DNA of 64,000 nt from Negaprion brevirostris (lineage: Eukaryota). Positions 1-11,871 of the stretch are shown here, in pieces (position 1 is the first letter of the stretch; each line of letters opens with the position of its first letter). Position numbers and translations under genes: made by a program. Under the pieces are notes generated by a model that was not told the DNA's origin, searched no databases, and saw only the letters and a list, made by a program, of their open reading frames with translations. The stretch lies in contig JARDVH010000084.1 of NCBI GenBank assembly GCA_030324005.1, positions 39,627,836 to 39,691,835 on the forward strand, given 5' to 3'.

Positions 1-95
1 CACCTGATGAAGGCGCAGCTCTCCAAAAGCTAGTGGCTTTTGCTACCAAATAAACCTGTTGGACTTTAACCTGGGGTTGAGACTTCTTATTGTGT
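1..95 (+). mobile_element. Penelope-like element terminal fragment (family A) with decayed hammerhead motif
   Basis: CAC-CTGATGA-A-GGCGC..TCTCC-AAA-AGCT-A-GTG followed by aaataaacctgttggactttaacctgg, a tail that recurs near 8970, 29600, 31010, 37210 and 39175. Confidence 0.75.
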
Positions 96-309
96 AAAGC
101 ACATCAGCAAGGTATGAAAATTTAGTCAGGAGGATAACTTGGCAAGAGGGGTGGATAAATAGATGTAAATTTACTAAAAATCAGGTTCTAGCTCATAAAT
201 AACTCAGAATCTCGCCTTTATTCTCTGTTTCCTATCAATCAATTTCCTAACTGATCAATAAATTTACTTCACTTCTACGAGGCTTCAATTTTAGTTTATG
301 GTTTTTTTA

Positions 310-1040
310 GGAGGAACTTTATCAAAGTCCCTTCATCAAAGCCTTTTAGACATCCTTATAAATAACATCTATACACATTCCTCTGTCCACTATTTTGGTC
401 ATCTGTTAAAATTCAAATCTGTTTCATCAGGAATGATCTATCCTTTACAAATCCATATTAGCAGACTCTAATTTGCTCTAAGTGTTCCTGGAGTTCAGTC
501 ACCCTATCCTTCATTACAAACTCTAGTAACTTTCCAAAAGACATTAGGCCAACCTGCCTATAATACTTTATGTTTTCCACAATCACTTAAAAAGCAGTAA
601 TGTGCAACTTTTCAATTTAAAGGAAGAGTTCTCGAATCAAGAGAACTTTGGAAGATTATAGTTAGGATTTCTGCAATGTCCTCACCTATTTCCTTTAACA
701 TGCTGGGATGGAACCCATCTGGCAACATTATTTTCTCCATTATTATTTCATTTACAGTAACCTTCGTGTGTTCCCATCTCTAAATTCAACATTAGTTGGG
801 ATGTCTGTTAGACCATTTTGTTTCTCTACTGCACCATGTAACTATTCAGTGTGTCCACCATTCCTTATTTTTATTTATAATAGTTTTCAACTCACTATTG
901 CTGCTGTTGCATGATTGACAATTGTAATTTCATCCCTAAATAATTTAATGTTTTAGGTCTGCCCCTGATGAAGGGAAATTTAACTGTCCCTTACAAAAAG
1001 TGGTTGACTTGTCATACCGGTTTTATTTTTAATGGCTTGA
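310..1040 (-). mobile_element. Old CR1 LINE ORF2 fragment
   Basis: Reverse complement shows decayed RT motifs (gatgttatttataaggatgtctaaaaggctttgat, approximately DVIYxDxxKAFD). Confidence 0.6.
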
Positions 1041-1771
1041 TTTAATTGCTTTAATGTCTTTCCATGTTCTGAACTGACCACATCTGACTTGTCCTGCCAA
1101 ATGCTGGATGAGGCACACCATTACACTAATGGAACAGTTAAAGCACACATCTAACCCACCAAGAACTTCCACAACTGGCCTAGCAATTCCTATGGAGTGC
1201 AACAACTACATTCAAAAACATCTAACGCAGTTTTTTGTTCTCAGCTTCCACCCATTGCAACAAACGCTTTTATTTATCTTTCTTGGGGCCTTCAGTACAT
1301 TCAGAATGCAAGTAGGTATTTGAAGTGGATAAGAATCAGAGCAAAACTGAAGTCTAAAGGGAATCAACAACCTAAAGGGAGTTGCAAAACAATAGGTTGC
1401 AATCATCTCCATTTCAGGTCATTTACCCTCTAGTATGTTTGGTGGGGGGAGGGGAAGGGGAAATAAAATGCACACTTAAAATAAATCTGTGGGGCCCAGT
1501 AACAAGACTTGAAGAACCAATTCTGAAGACAAGAGTTGACACTTTGCTGTGCTTAGAGCTGGGAGACGGTATTTTTCTTATCTTTGGAAGGCTTTGACGG
1601 ATGTTTCTGGACTATGTTACTTTCTTTGACAACTTAATGATGTAGTATTAGCAATGTTTGGTGAATCCATAAAGGCACCACCCCCATCTCCCACGGCCAC
1701 ATTCACGACTAAAATATGTCTAAATGTGGAACTGTGCACACCCACACGCACACATATACATTATAGGGCTA

Positions 1772-1922
1772 AGGGTGTGACTTTCCATGAATCTTCCCAC
1801 AGCTTCACCATAATTTCAGCGGAAGAATTGTGGAAATGCCAGACAAATGCCATTTATGCTACCTTCCTGTGGTTTTTGCAGTTCTTCCAGCCAAGTTACG
1901 GGAAGCATACGGGAAAATCTCT
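1772..1922. mobile_element. Imperfect palindrome, MITE-like
   Basis: Ends gtgactttccatgaatcttccc / gggaagcatacgggaaaatctc and inner arms ggaagaattgtggaaatgcca / tggtttttgcagttcttcc are imperfect inverted repeats. Confidence 0.5.
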
Positions 1923-2509
1923 TCAGAAATTCACCATTTATGCAACTTATCCCTAAAGCAAAGGATTTAGTTTAAACAGTCCGACTGGTGTGCCATTTAA
2001 TAACACTAAATTCTTTCCATAAAATATTCAAATGTAAACATTCTCTGCCTGCTGACCCATGGAAAAGGCTCAGCTTGTTTTAGTTACAGTTTATCATTTT
2101 TCTCAAAGGAGCTACAGCTACAATATGGTCTTTCCATATGTTTGGTTAACTCTTTGATGACCGAGGTATTATTATTCTCTCACTTTTCAAACATTGTGTA
2201 TTCCCTGACTTTAATCTCCTCTCCTGCTTAAGACTTATTAGGAGTTCTCCAGGACATCACTCAGATAGCTTTGCTAAGTTCAGATAATGGATAGTGATCA
2301 GGATCCAGAACTCTCACTACCTTCTTTCCTTCATAGCCCAATATCAATGAGGCTATTTATAGTGCTCCTAATACCACCCTCCTCAGCAAACACCAGGGGG
2401 GATCGATTCTCCCAGCCCGCTGCGCTGCTTTTGTAGTGCAGTGAGTTGGGAGACTTAAGTGGAGGCCATTTCACGAACTTGATTTGATTTTTTAAAAATA
2501 AAATGATTG

Positions 2510-2810
2510 GCAATTGGAATTTGCTGATGACACCAAGATTGGTGGAATGGCAAATTGTGCAGAGGGTGTGGAGAGTCTGCAGAAGGATCTAGATAGGCTG
2601 GGCGAATGGGCCAGGAACTGGCAAANNNNNNNNNNNNNNNNNNNNNNNNNNNNNNNNNNNNNNNNNNNNNNNNNNNNNNNNNNNNNNNNNNNNNNNNNNN
2701 NNNNNNNNNNNNNNNNNNNNNNNNNGCCATGATCTTATTGAATGGCGGGGCAGGCTCGAAGGGCTTGATGGCCTACTCCTGCTCCTATTTCTTATGTTCT
2801 TACCTTCTTA
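2510..2810 (+). mobile_element. CR1 3' fragment spanning a gap
   Basis: FADDTKIGG...LQKDLDRLGEWARNWQ, then CR1 tail ctcctatttcttatgttctta. Confidence 0.85.
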
Positions 2811-3344
2811 TGAGAACAGACAGGATTGGGTCAGGAGCACAGAACTGGCTTTACCAGCTCGCGCAGCTTACTCCTTTCTACAAAAGGTATAAATTGCCTA
2901 TGCATGCAATGAGCACACGGGGTCCAAAGAAACAGACAGCTGACCATTCATACTTTGACCCTTGAAAAGGGTCATTACAATATTTAGGATTTGCTTCCAA
3001 CGTGGAAGGTTCTGCCTGGGGAGTGGGAAACTGGGCAATGCTGTGACTCAGCAGCTGCAAGAGGTAGGCCAGCAACATAACATCGGGGAACAAACCCTTG
3101 ATGATTGCTTGCAAGAAGCATATGTTATGGTGCTGCAGGAAGGAACAGAGCCCTCAGGTTTCAAATTCCTCCACAGTTTTTATTGATCCAAATATGGGAA
3201 AGGAGGGAGGATTTATCTGAGGGAAAGCAGCCAATTGAAGGAATGGTCTTATATTGTGGAAAAAAAGATGTCACGCCAGTGCCACTCTCATCAATAGTCA
3301 ATGGACTCAAAAGAAGAGCGAGTTTAGGGTGTGACATTTGAAGT

Positions 3345-5686
3345 ATGGTAGCCTGGTGGTTCTGTTAGTGAAGTAGCAAACCAGAGACCTAGACTAATGA
3401 CTTGGAAACATGAATGCAAATCCCACCACAACAGCTGGGGAACTTAAATCTAATTAAATACATCTGCAATTAAAAAATTAGTAGCAGTAGTGACATGAAG
3501 CTACCGGGTTGGCATTAGCTACCAATCTGGATCCCTAATGTCCATTAGGAAAGGAAATCTGATGTCCTTACCTGGTTTGGTCTACATTTGGCTTCAGATC
3601 CATAGCAATATGTTTGAATCCTAACTGCTGTTGAAAGTCAAGCCACTCAGTTATATTAGAACTGCGATGAAAAGTGTAAGAAGAAGAAAATAGGATGCAT
3701 CACCCAATGCTAAAGAGTGTATTCAGGCGGAGGATGTTCAATGTCCATCACCAATAGTAGCTTGGTAACACCACTAATGAATAAGATGGCTGCGTCCTGA
3801 TGAACAGACATGTTAGGCTGGGTCCACAGTGCATGATGACAGAACCAACGGAGGGAGAAACCTACATGAACTCATCCTTACCAATCTACCTGTCACAAAC
3901 GTGTCTATTCATGACAGTCTTTGTGGAGACCAAAGTTAAATCTTGACTCTAAAGCCATCACCATCTCCATGCAAACTACGGTAGATTCAGAACAGATCTA
4001 GCAGTTAATAGCTGGCATGTATGAAGCACTGTGTGCAATCAGCAGCAGAGGAATTGGTTTCCACCACAATCCGTAACCACACAGCCTGGCATCTTTCCCA
4101 CTCTACCATTACCATTAAGCAGGGGAATCAACCCTGCTTCATTGAAGAGTGTAGAAGTGCAAGTCAAGTATAGCTAAAATGAGGTGCCAACCTGGTGAAG
4201 CTACTGTACAGGACTACATGCATACTAAATGGTAGAAAAAGCATGATATAGGCAGAAATAAGCAGTCCCTCAACCAACAGATCAGGTGAAAACTCTACAA
4301 ACCTATTTACATCTAGTTGTGAAAAGCGGTGGACAATGAGGACGTTCCACAAACATCCCCATTCTGAATGATGGTACAGCCAAGTATATCAATGTAAAAG
4401 TCAATGCCAATACGTTTGCATTCGCCTCAGACAAATGGATGAACAATCACAGTCGCTTCCAAGAAGCATCATAGAAGCCATCCTTCAGTCAACTCAATTC
4501 ACTCCACATATCAAGAAATGTCTGTGTACACTGGGTATAGAAAGGTTTATGGGCCCTGGCAACATTCCAACTGGAATATTGAGGACTTGGGCTCCAGAAC
4601 TAGCCTGGCCTCCAGCCAAACTGTTCTAGGACAGTTACAACACTGGCTTCTGCCCAAAAATGTGGAAAATTGCCAAGTATGTCATGTCCACAAAAAGCAA
4701 GACAAATACAGCTCAGCGAATTGCTTCCTCATTCGGTATCCATCAATTACCAGCAAAGTGATGGAATATGTTATTGAAAGTGTTAGCAAGTGACAACTAC
4801 TTGTAAGTAACTTATGCGACTACACTCAGTCTAGGTTTCATTGGGATCATTCAGCTCCAGACCTCCAGGCCTTGATGAAAATATGGACAAAAGGGATGAA
4901 TTCTAGAGGTGTGAGGAGAAAGATTGCTCTTGACAGAAGAACATAGAAGCTAGAAACAGGAGTAGGCTATTCAGCCCTTCAAGTCTGTTCTCCCTTTCAC
5001 TTTGATCATGACTGATCATCGAATTCAATATCACGATCCCCTCTCCCCCCATATCCATTGGTCCCTTTAACTCCAAGAGCTATATCTAAATTCTTCTTGA
5101 AATCAGACAATGATTTGGCCTCAACTACTTTCTGTGGTAATGATTTCCACACATTCACCACCTTCTGGGTGAAGAAATTTCTGTTCACTTCAATTCTAAA
5201 TGTTTATCCCTTATCCTCAAACTATGGCCTCTAGTTCTGGACTCCCCCAGCATTGGGAACATTCTTTCCAAATCTACCCTCTCTAACCCTGTTAGAATTT
5301 TATAAGTTTCTATGAGATCCTCTCTCACTCTTCTAATCTCCAGTGAATATAATCCTAACCTACTTAATCTCTCCTCATATGACAGATCTGCCATCCCAGG
5401 AATCAGTCTGGAAAGCCATCAAGGCAGCATGTGACCAAGTGTGGCATCAAGGAGCCTTCGTAAAATTGAAGTCAACGGGAATCAGAAGGAATATTCTCCA
5501 CTCATCTAGGTCATACCTAACATGAAGCAAGATGATTGTTATTGGAGATACATCACTTCAGTCCCAGAACATTGATCCAGGTTCCTCAAGGTAATGTTCT
5601 AGGCCCAACCATCTTCAGCTGCTTCATAATGACCTTCCCTCCAACACAAGATCAGAAGTGGGGTTGTTCACTGATGATTGTACAGT
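3345..5686 (+). mobile_element. tRNA-headed CR1/L2-group LINE, decayed and internally deleted, interrupted by a CR1 at 4934-5417
   Basis: Head homologous to 11872, 30527 and 60750. RT motifs MGPGNIPTGILRTWAPELA, HKKQDK, IKAACDQVWHQG, PQGNVLGPTIFSCF..DLPS, FTDDCT. Confidence 0.85.
4934..5417 (-). mobile_element. CR1 3' end inserted into the LINE RT
   Basis: LSYEERLSRLGLYSLE..RGHSLRI..FFTQKVVNVWKSLP. The host resumes at ctcttgaca|catcaaggcagc. Confidence 0.9.
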
Positions 5687-7195
5687 AAAACACTCTTAAG
5701 AAATAATTATTGCAGTATCAAGATGCTTGATAAGCAAACATAACTGCAGGCAATGAGAATGTGTGCTCCAGAACATGCTGCTAGGTGCTACAGTTATGAG
5801 TCAGGGAATTGAAAATGCAATTTCACTTTTTTTTAGTTCCCTTATCTGTTATTAATGAGGCAACATAAATGCTTAAAGTCAAACCGTACACTGAAAAGGT
5901 TCTCCTTCATGCATATTTACCCTTCTTCTTTTACTGCGAACCCTAGTCTTGACAGCAACAAATAAGAGAATATTAAGAGCAATCTAACCCCAGTGTGTCA
6001 GGACTGTCGGGCTACTCACTCACTCCCAACCAAGTGACACACAGGGTTTTTGTGGAGTAGGCATAACAAGCAAAGCGTGGCAGATGCATTCGTCAGCTGG
6101 GAGTGAGACAAAATATAGTCTTTGCTGAATAGTTCAGGGCTCAGATCTGAGAGATCCTGGTTTTACAAAATGCTTGGTAAGTAAACAATTGCAAGCACTG
6201 AGGATGGGTGTTCCAGAATGTGCTACAGCTATGTGCTATAATTATTTTCAGTGCCTCGGGTTAAGGAACAGAGAAAATCAGCCAAAGCTTTATTCTGGTT
6301 GCTACTCCCCGTCAGAAATGTACATATGCACGTTTGGTGAGTTCAACAGCACCATCAGGTTTGACTCTATATTAAATCAAGGCTCACATGAACATTGTGT
6401 ATTTGCCAATATGATTTGAAGAAACATGAGTAACGTTGAATAAAGATCTTAGTTCTTTAATAAAAAATAAATTGTGGAGAGCAGACACAATGAATCCATC
6501 AATCAGGTTGGCAGGCTCCTTTCAATGGAGAACATGCTTAAATTTGTGAGATAGCAGCTTTGGATCATCATTCATTTAGTTTAGCTCCCATCAACTTATC
6601 AAACTTTGTAGTATTTTCAGTGCCAATGGGTTTCACACAAGCTTTAAAGAGGCACCAGGAATACCCATTTTATCTTTGTGGACTAATTCTAAAGCAAACT
6701 ACATGTATAATAAGATAAGCCACATTTAATTTACATCAACACTACTTCAAGATGATTTATGTCATGCAAGTAAACATGGCAACTGTTCTAGGAACAGAAA
6801 GTACTGCCAGCGATTGTTAATGGTACTTGATTATTGCATTAATTGCACCATTGTTGACTTCATTGTGCCAAGTCATGCTGTAGATTGTGTTTCGGACATT
6901 AATCTTAACCCTTCAATTGCTCCCTTTTCTTTTCATGGAAAGAAACATCAAGGAAAAGCAATGGTTCCAGGGAAAATACAGGTCACTTGCATCAATCATC
7001 TCCACTGTAACTTTGCAACAATGGACCTAATATTGTGATTGTACCAGATAAGGTAGAAGGTTGTTCCTTAGTGTAAGTAACAAAATGGCGTCTGGCTCAT
7101 AAAAAACTGTTTCATGAAATAACAGGCTACATCTTACACCCTCTGTCAAGTCCCAGGGAGCTTTACATTTCAGAAAGATTTGAGTTTAACTTTTT

Positions 7196-7700
7196 AAGTT
7201 TTAAGTTTATTTATTAATTTCACAAGCAGGCTTACATTGACACTGCATTGAAGTTACTGTGAAAATTGAATAAAAGCAAATTACTGTGGATGCTAGGATC
7301 TGAAACCAAAAAAGAAAACGCTGGAAAATCTCAGCAGGTCTAGCAGCGTCTGTAATCGCACTGAGTCCACATGACCCCTTTAGATCCTGGACTCGAAACG
7401 TCAGCTCTTTTCTCTCCTTACAGATGCTGCTAGACCTGCTGAGATTTTCTAGCATTTTCTGTTTTGGTTATGGTGAAAATCCCCTTGTTGCTACACTTTA
7501 GTACCTGTTCTGGTACACTGAGGGAGAATTTAGCATGGCCAATGCACCTGTGGGAGTAAACCAGAGCACCTGGAGAAAATCCAGGCTGACATGGGGAAAA
7601 CATGCAGATTCTGCACAGACAGCGACCCAAGCCAGGAATTGAACCTGGCGCTATGAGGCACTGTGCCACCATGCCACCCTACTGTGCCACTGTGCTGCCC
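7196..7700 (-). mobile_element. HE1-type V-SINE (tail type B) containing a Penelope insertion
   Basis: Reverse complement has head gggcagcacagtggcacagt, V-domain, and tail ...ttcacagtaacttc..gtaagcc..aataaataaactt. Confidence 0.85.
7267..7466. mobile_element. Penelope-like family B inverted terminal fragment
   Basis: Inverted arms ctggaaaatctcagcaggtctagcagcgtctgt / acagatgctgctagacctgctgagattttctag. TSD gttactgtgaaaat (7253-7266) / gttatggtgaaaat (7467-7480). Confidence 0.75.
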
Positions 7701-8330
7701 TGAATCACCAAATAAGATTTGGTAAACATACAATCAAAAACTTAATTATATTTATTTTGAATTTAAAATTGTTATCTTCAAAAAAGAAAAATACTTTGAT
7801 TTTTGTTGTGACGTAGAGTATTTCAGTATCATGCATTGTGAAAATAATGTGAATTTGTTAGATGCAGAGCTTAAATCTCAGCTGTGCTGTTGTCGACATA
7901 TTGTCAAATTTGTAACCTGAACATCTGCCCAGAAGGAAAAAGGGAGGAGTATCATAAGGTTCAGATTAGCTATCAAAAAGGACAAGGAGCAATTCAGAGT
8001 AAGAACAACTGGAGGATAGCCAATTTCAATGGGTGAGAACAGATCAGGCCCAGGGTAAATTAGAGTCAAACCTTTAATGAAACAATGAGTTGTATTTAAG
8101 GACGAGATAATTTGGATATAGGTAAAGTATAATTCCCACGAGGGGGAAAGATAGGACAGCCAAAGCTCTAACTCTCTGGATAATAAAAAAGGTAGAGATT
8201 AAGATGAAACAGAAAAAGGGCATACAAGAAAGATGTCAGGTTGATAATATAAATGATATCCAACTGAATACAGAAAGTTTGAAGGGGAAGTAGAAAACTA
8301 AATAAAAGAGGCAAAAAGAGAGTATTAAAG

Positions 8331-8723
8331 GGGTGGCACCATGGTTAGCTCTGCTGCCTCACAGTGCCAGGGACCCAGGTTTGATCTCAGCCTTGGGTGA
8401 CTGTGGAGTTTTCACGTTATACCTGTGCCTACGAGGATTTTCTCCAGGTTCTGAGGTTTCAGATTTTAATTCTTGCTATTAAATTAGTTTGATATCTTTA
8501 TAATATTTAAGATTTGCAATGTATTGATGTCATGGGAACAGAATGGATATTGTGCCTAACAAAGTCCAAAGGTGTGTAGGTTAGGTGGAGTAGCCATAGT
8601 AAATACAGAGGATTACGGGCATTGGGCAGAGTGGAGGGCCCATGTGGGATGTTCTTATGCAGAGGCAGTGCAGACTCGATGGGCCAAATGACCACCTTCT
8701 GCATTGTAGGGATTCCATGGTTC
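8331..8723 (+). mobile_element. HE1-type V-SINE (CR1-derived tail A) with about 110 bp of foreign filler
   Basis: Head gggtggcacc..ctgctgcctcacagtgccagggacccaggtttgat; tail gactcgatgggccaaatg..gcattgtagggattc. Confidence 0.85.
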
Positions 8724-8858
8724 GAAGAAGAGATTGGCAGCTGACATTAAAAGCGAATTTAAAAGTTCTCTATAAGCATATAAATAGTATGAGGGTAATA
8801 AGAGGATCGGTCAGGCATATTAAGGAGTATAAAGGGGTTCTATGGTTGGGAGATAGAG

Positions 8859-9031
8859 TTACGAGGTCTTACAACACCAGGTTAAAGTCCAACAGGTTTA
8901 TTTGGTAGCACAAGCTCCTTCTTCGCGATTCACTTAAAGATGGAGCGACACTCCGAAAGCTTGGGCTACCAAATAAACATTTGGACTTTAACCTGGTGTT
9001 GTGAGACTTCTTACTGTGCATTTCTACATCA
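8859..9031. mobile_element. Penelope family A inverted terminal pair
   Basis: acaacaccaggttaaagtccaacaggtttatttggtagc ... gctaccaaataaacatttggactttaacctggtgttgt; exact 12-bp TSD tgggagatagag at 8847-8858 and 9032-9043. Confidence 0.85.
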
Positions 9032-10729
9032 TGGGAGATAGAGGGCATGGCTGAGGTACTATATGATCTCTTTATTAAGGAAATAAGATGCATAATCACA
9101 ACGAAATGGGTGGTAATTGCAAGATTGGATGGGCTAAAATGTGAAACAACTATTAGAAAGGCTGGCTATACTTAAAGTTAATCAGTAGCCAGGATCAAAT
9201 AGGATGCATCCAAGAACACTTGAGGAAAGTAAGTCTGGAAATTGCAGAGACATTGGCTAAACTCCTCCAGTACTCCTTGGGCACAGGGGTGGTACCAGAG
9301 GATTGGAAAGTTGCAAACATTACATCCATGTTCAAAAAAAGGGTGCAGGACAAACACATCAACTGCAGGCCGGGCAGTTTAAACTCAGTGTGGGGAAACT
9401 TTTACAGATGATAATCTAGGACAAAGTTAAGTCACTGTGCAGGGCAAGGCGAAACAATAGTTATCAAAGTTTATGGGAACTTGGGCTTTACAACTAGAGG
9501 AAAAGGAAACAAAAGCAAAGGAGCTTTTGAAATTTTAGCGACTGAAATACTGCAGTCAATTCTGGACACCACTCTGTAAAAGGAATGTGAAGGTTGTAGA
9601 GAGGGTGCAGAAAAGACGTACAAGAATGTTACCAGAGATGAAAGCCTTCAGTTATGTGGATGGATTGGAGAAGCTGGGACTTTTCTCTTTAGAAAAGAGA
9701 AAGATGCAAATAGATTTGATACGAGTGTTCAAAATCACAAGTCAGCTGGACAGAATAGCGACCCATTCCTGTTGGCGGCAACATGGAGAACCAGAGGGCC
9801 CTTGTTTAAGGTGATGTCAGAAGAGACAAATCAAAGTGAGAGCACATTTAAAAGTTTGAAAAGATTAGATGGAACTCATGTTCACACACATTGCAGCATT
9901 GGCATTGGAAACAATAGATCCTCTCAGGGGGTGGCGGGATTTTACAGTCTTGCTCAGGTGAGACCGGAAATTTCTGCCCAAGGTCAACGGAGATTTCCAT
10001 TGTCAGACCCTCACCCCTGCTGAGATCCGGCCAGTGAGTCAATTTTTTCCATTAAGGTGCACGTCCCAGTGGCTGCTTTGTAACACCAGCAAAGAAATGG
10101 GTGTCAGAGGACAGGAAATATTGGGGAACTGAGAAAATTAGCTTAAAAATAAACAACATATGAGGGCTAGATTCTGAAATACATCCAAAATACATATTAT
10201 AGCATAATTTCAAATAACTTTGATGTGATTTTATTCAAAACTCAATCTTTAAAGTTAAACTTTGACAACTCCGTCATGTAGTTAGGTTTGATCATAAATA
10301 ATAGTGAGTCAATAAGCACACCTCCTGTGATTACTTTAAAAAAAAACACACATTTGCAATCCCCCTTGCCCAAATATAGCTTCAGTTTTTTAAAAATCTT
10401 CACAAAGGATGTACCATTTAAGTGATTACCTCAATTTAAATTGACATGCATCTCCTATTAAATGCATATGGTACCAATTGCAATGTCTTCCTCCTGCAAG
10501 CTTTCTGTCTCCAAGTGACCTGTGGTCAGGCATCTCCTGCTAGCATTCTGCAACAAGGTGTAAAATGAACAGTTGGGGTTACCACAACTCCTTCTCCGTT
10601 GGCCAATATTTTGGTTCCATTTCTTTCCCAGTGCCTGCACACTGAGCAGGAATGAAGAATTGGAGCAAGGGCAAATGTTTAATAGGAATAGATTTAAATA
10701 GCATGCATTAATAGAGAACATCAGAGATT

Positions 10730-11580
10730 CATGCATTGATAGGTTAAGTAAGTGAGGCAAAAAGTTGCAAATGGAGTATAATGTGGGAAAATGTGAAGTT
10801 GTTCATTTTGGAAGGGAGGTCAGAGTATTAGAACAGAGTATTATTTAAATGGAGAAAAACTGCAGAAAGCTGCAACACAAAGGGACTTGGGAGTACTTGT
10901 GCACAAAACATAGAAAGCTTGCACACAGGCACAGCTGGTAATCAGGAAGGCTGATGGGATGTTGGCCCTTGTTTCAAGGGGGTTGGGGTAAAAGAGTAGG
11001 GTAGTCTTGTTGCAACTGTACATGGTACTGGTGAGACCACAACTGGAGTACTGAGGGCAGTTTTACTCTCCTTATTTAAGGAAAGATGTTATTTCACTGG
11101 AGGCAGTTCAGGGAAGGTTCACCAGGATGGTGCAAAATGTGGAGGGATTGCCTTATGAGCAAAAGTTAAGCAGATTAGGACTCTACTCATTGGATTTTGA
11201 AGAATGGGAAGTGATCTTATTGAAACATATAGGATTCTTGAAGGGATTGCTATGGTACATGATGAGGAGATGTTCTCCTCATGGAAGAGAGCATAGCCTC
11301 AGAATAAAGAGGCACCAATTTAACAATGAGATGAGGAGGACTTTGCTCTTCGAAGGTTGTGAGTCTTTGGAACTCCATGCCTCAGACAGCTGTGCAGGCA
11401 GGGTCCTTTAAGTCTGAGATAGATGGAATTTTGATCAGTAAGAGCATGGAGAGTTACGGGGAAAGGACAGGAAAGTGGAAAGTGAGGAATGTTGGAGCAG
11501 CCACGTTCCTATTGAATGGTGGCACAGGCTTGAAGGCCCAAACAATCTGCGCTTGTTCTAATTTCTTATGGTCTTATGTA
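10730..11580 (+). mobile_element. CR1 3' portion
   Basis: MEYNVGKCEVVHFG, LPYEQKLSRLGLYSL, tail ttctaatttcttatggtcttatg. Confidence 0.9.
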
Positions 11581-11871
11581 ATGGGTAAGTTTTTGAAAAT
11601 TCAGAATCACACGATGCATGATTTTTGAAACATTTAATTTAATGGTTGGAAAATAATGGATAGCACGTCTGCATTTCTGATATCACATCAGGCAGAAAAG
11701 ACTTCTGATCAGGAGGGAGAAGGTTCAAGGTTACACTTGCCAATTCATGGAAATAGCTCTTTTACCCATTTGGCTGTTGACAGCTTATTCAGAAACGGTT
11801 ACAAAATAAATAGTGAAAGGATTAGGAACACTCCAGAATTTCCCCTGAACTTATGAAGTTATGAATTCAGG

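Larger units (their letters stand above)
7920..9850 (+). mobile_element. Old CR1 ORF2 with internal deletion; hosts an HE1 SINE and a Penelope insertion
   Basis: GVVPEDWKVANITSMFKK; VERVQKRRTRMLPEMKAFSY..LEKLGLFSLEKR. Confidence 0.8.

Noticed and set aside
1-35. Active hammerhead at the window start
   Set aside because: GAAA is mutated to AAAA and stem II has mismatches.
962-980. ccctgatgaagggaaattt as a hammerhead core
   Set aside because: No stem II between CTGATGA and GAAA.
10458-10760. 100-aa minus-strand ORF as an alternative NFIA exon
   Set aside because: No NFI similarity, overlaps a CR1, no convincing donor.
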